Shown: positions 63,844 through 64,000 of the stretch, piece by piece | Numbering within the stretch: the stretch's first letter is position 1 | Layout: each line of letters opens with the position of its first letter | Assembly (NCBI RefSeq): GCF_030144855.1 | Contig: NC_082726.1 | Location: 23,250,001 to 23,314,000 of the forward strand | DNA length: 64,000 nt | Reading direction: 5' to 3' | Source of the DNA: Hypanus sabinus | Lineage: Eukaryota | Translations under genes and position numbers: made by a program | Notes under the pieces: model-generated | Told to the model about the DNA's origin: nothing | Databases searched by the model: none | The model's input: only the letters and a program-made list of their open reading frames with translations

Positions 63844-64000
63844 TTACTTGATGAAGTCCATCCAGCCCATAAAGTCTGTGCTGGCTATCAGATCAAAACT
63901 ATCAATTGCTTTCCTTCTCAAATTTCTTTGCAATCTATTATGAGTCGCACGGCCATCAAATCTGCCCTGATTTTCCTATCAATCACTGGAGGTAAGTCAC

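Overview
Vertebrate genomic DNA, mostly intronic and dense in transposable elements, with one assembly gap (152 N, 21662-21813). The repeat mix (CR1, Rex1/Babar, L2, RTE-X-like LINEs, V-SINEs, Penelope remnants, Tc1, pogo, Harbinger) suggests a cartilaginous fish, probably a ray; that is inference. The only host gene I can support is CD276 (B7-H3) on the + strand: an IgV exon (22980-23330) and an IgC exon (26462-26758), both with canonical phase-1 splice sites. I could not confidently place the leader exon, and no transmembrane exon is recognisable in the 37 kb downstream. Nearly all other listed ORFs are LINE or transposase fragments or their antisense shadows. The most notable non-gene signal is a set of Penelope-like element (PLE) derivatives. 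They carry minimal hammerhead-ribozyme motifs (CTGANGA...GAAA...GTC) and occur as tail-to-tail foldbacks from 73 bp to about 1 kb, several with 13-14 bp target-site duplications (TSDs). Also present are a composite MITE family, a pogo element inserted into a MITE terminus, a CR1 self-insertion hairpin and a perfect 46-bp-arm hairpin. No prokaryotic-type system, CRISPR array, rRNA or true tRNA gene is seen. Repeat boundaries are read by eye and are approximate unless TSDs or terminal inverted repeats (TIRs) are quoted.
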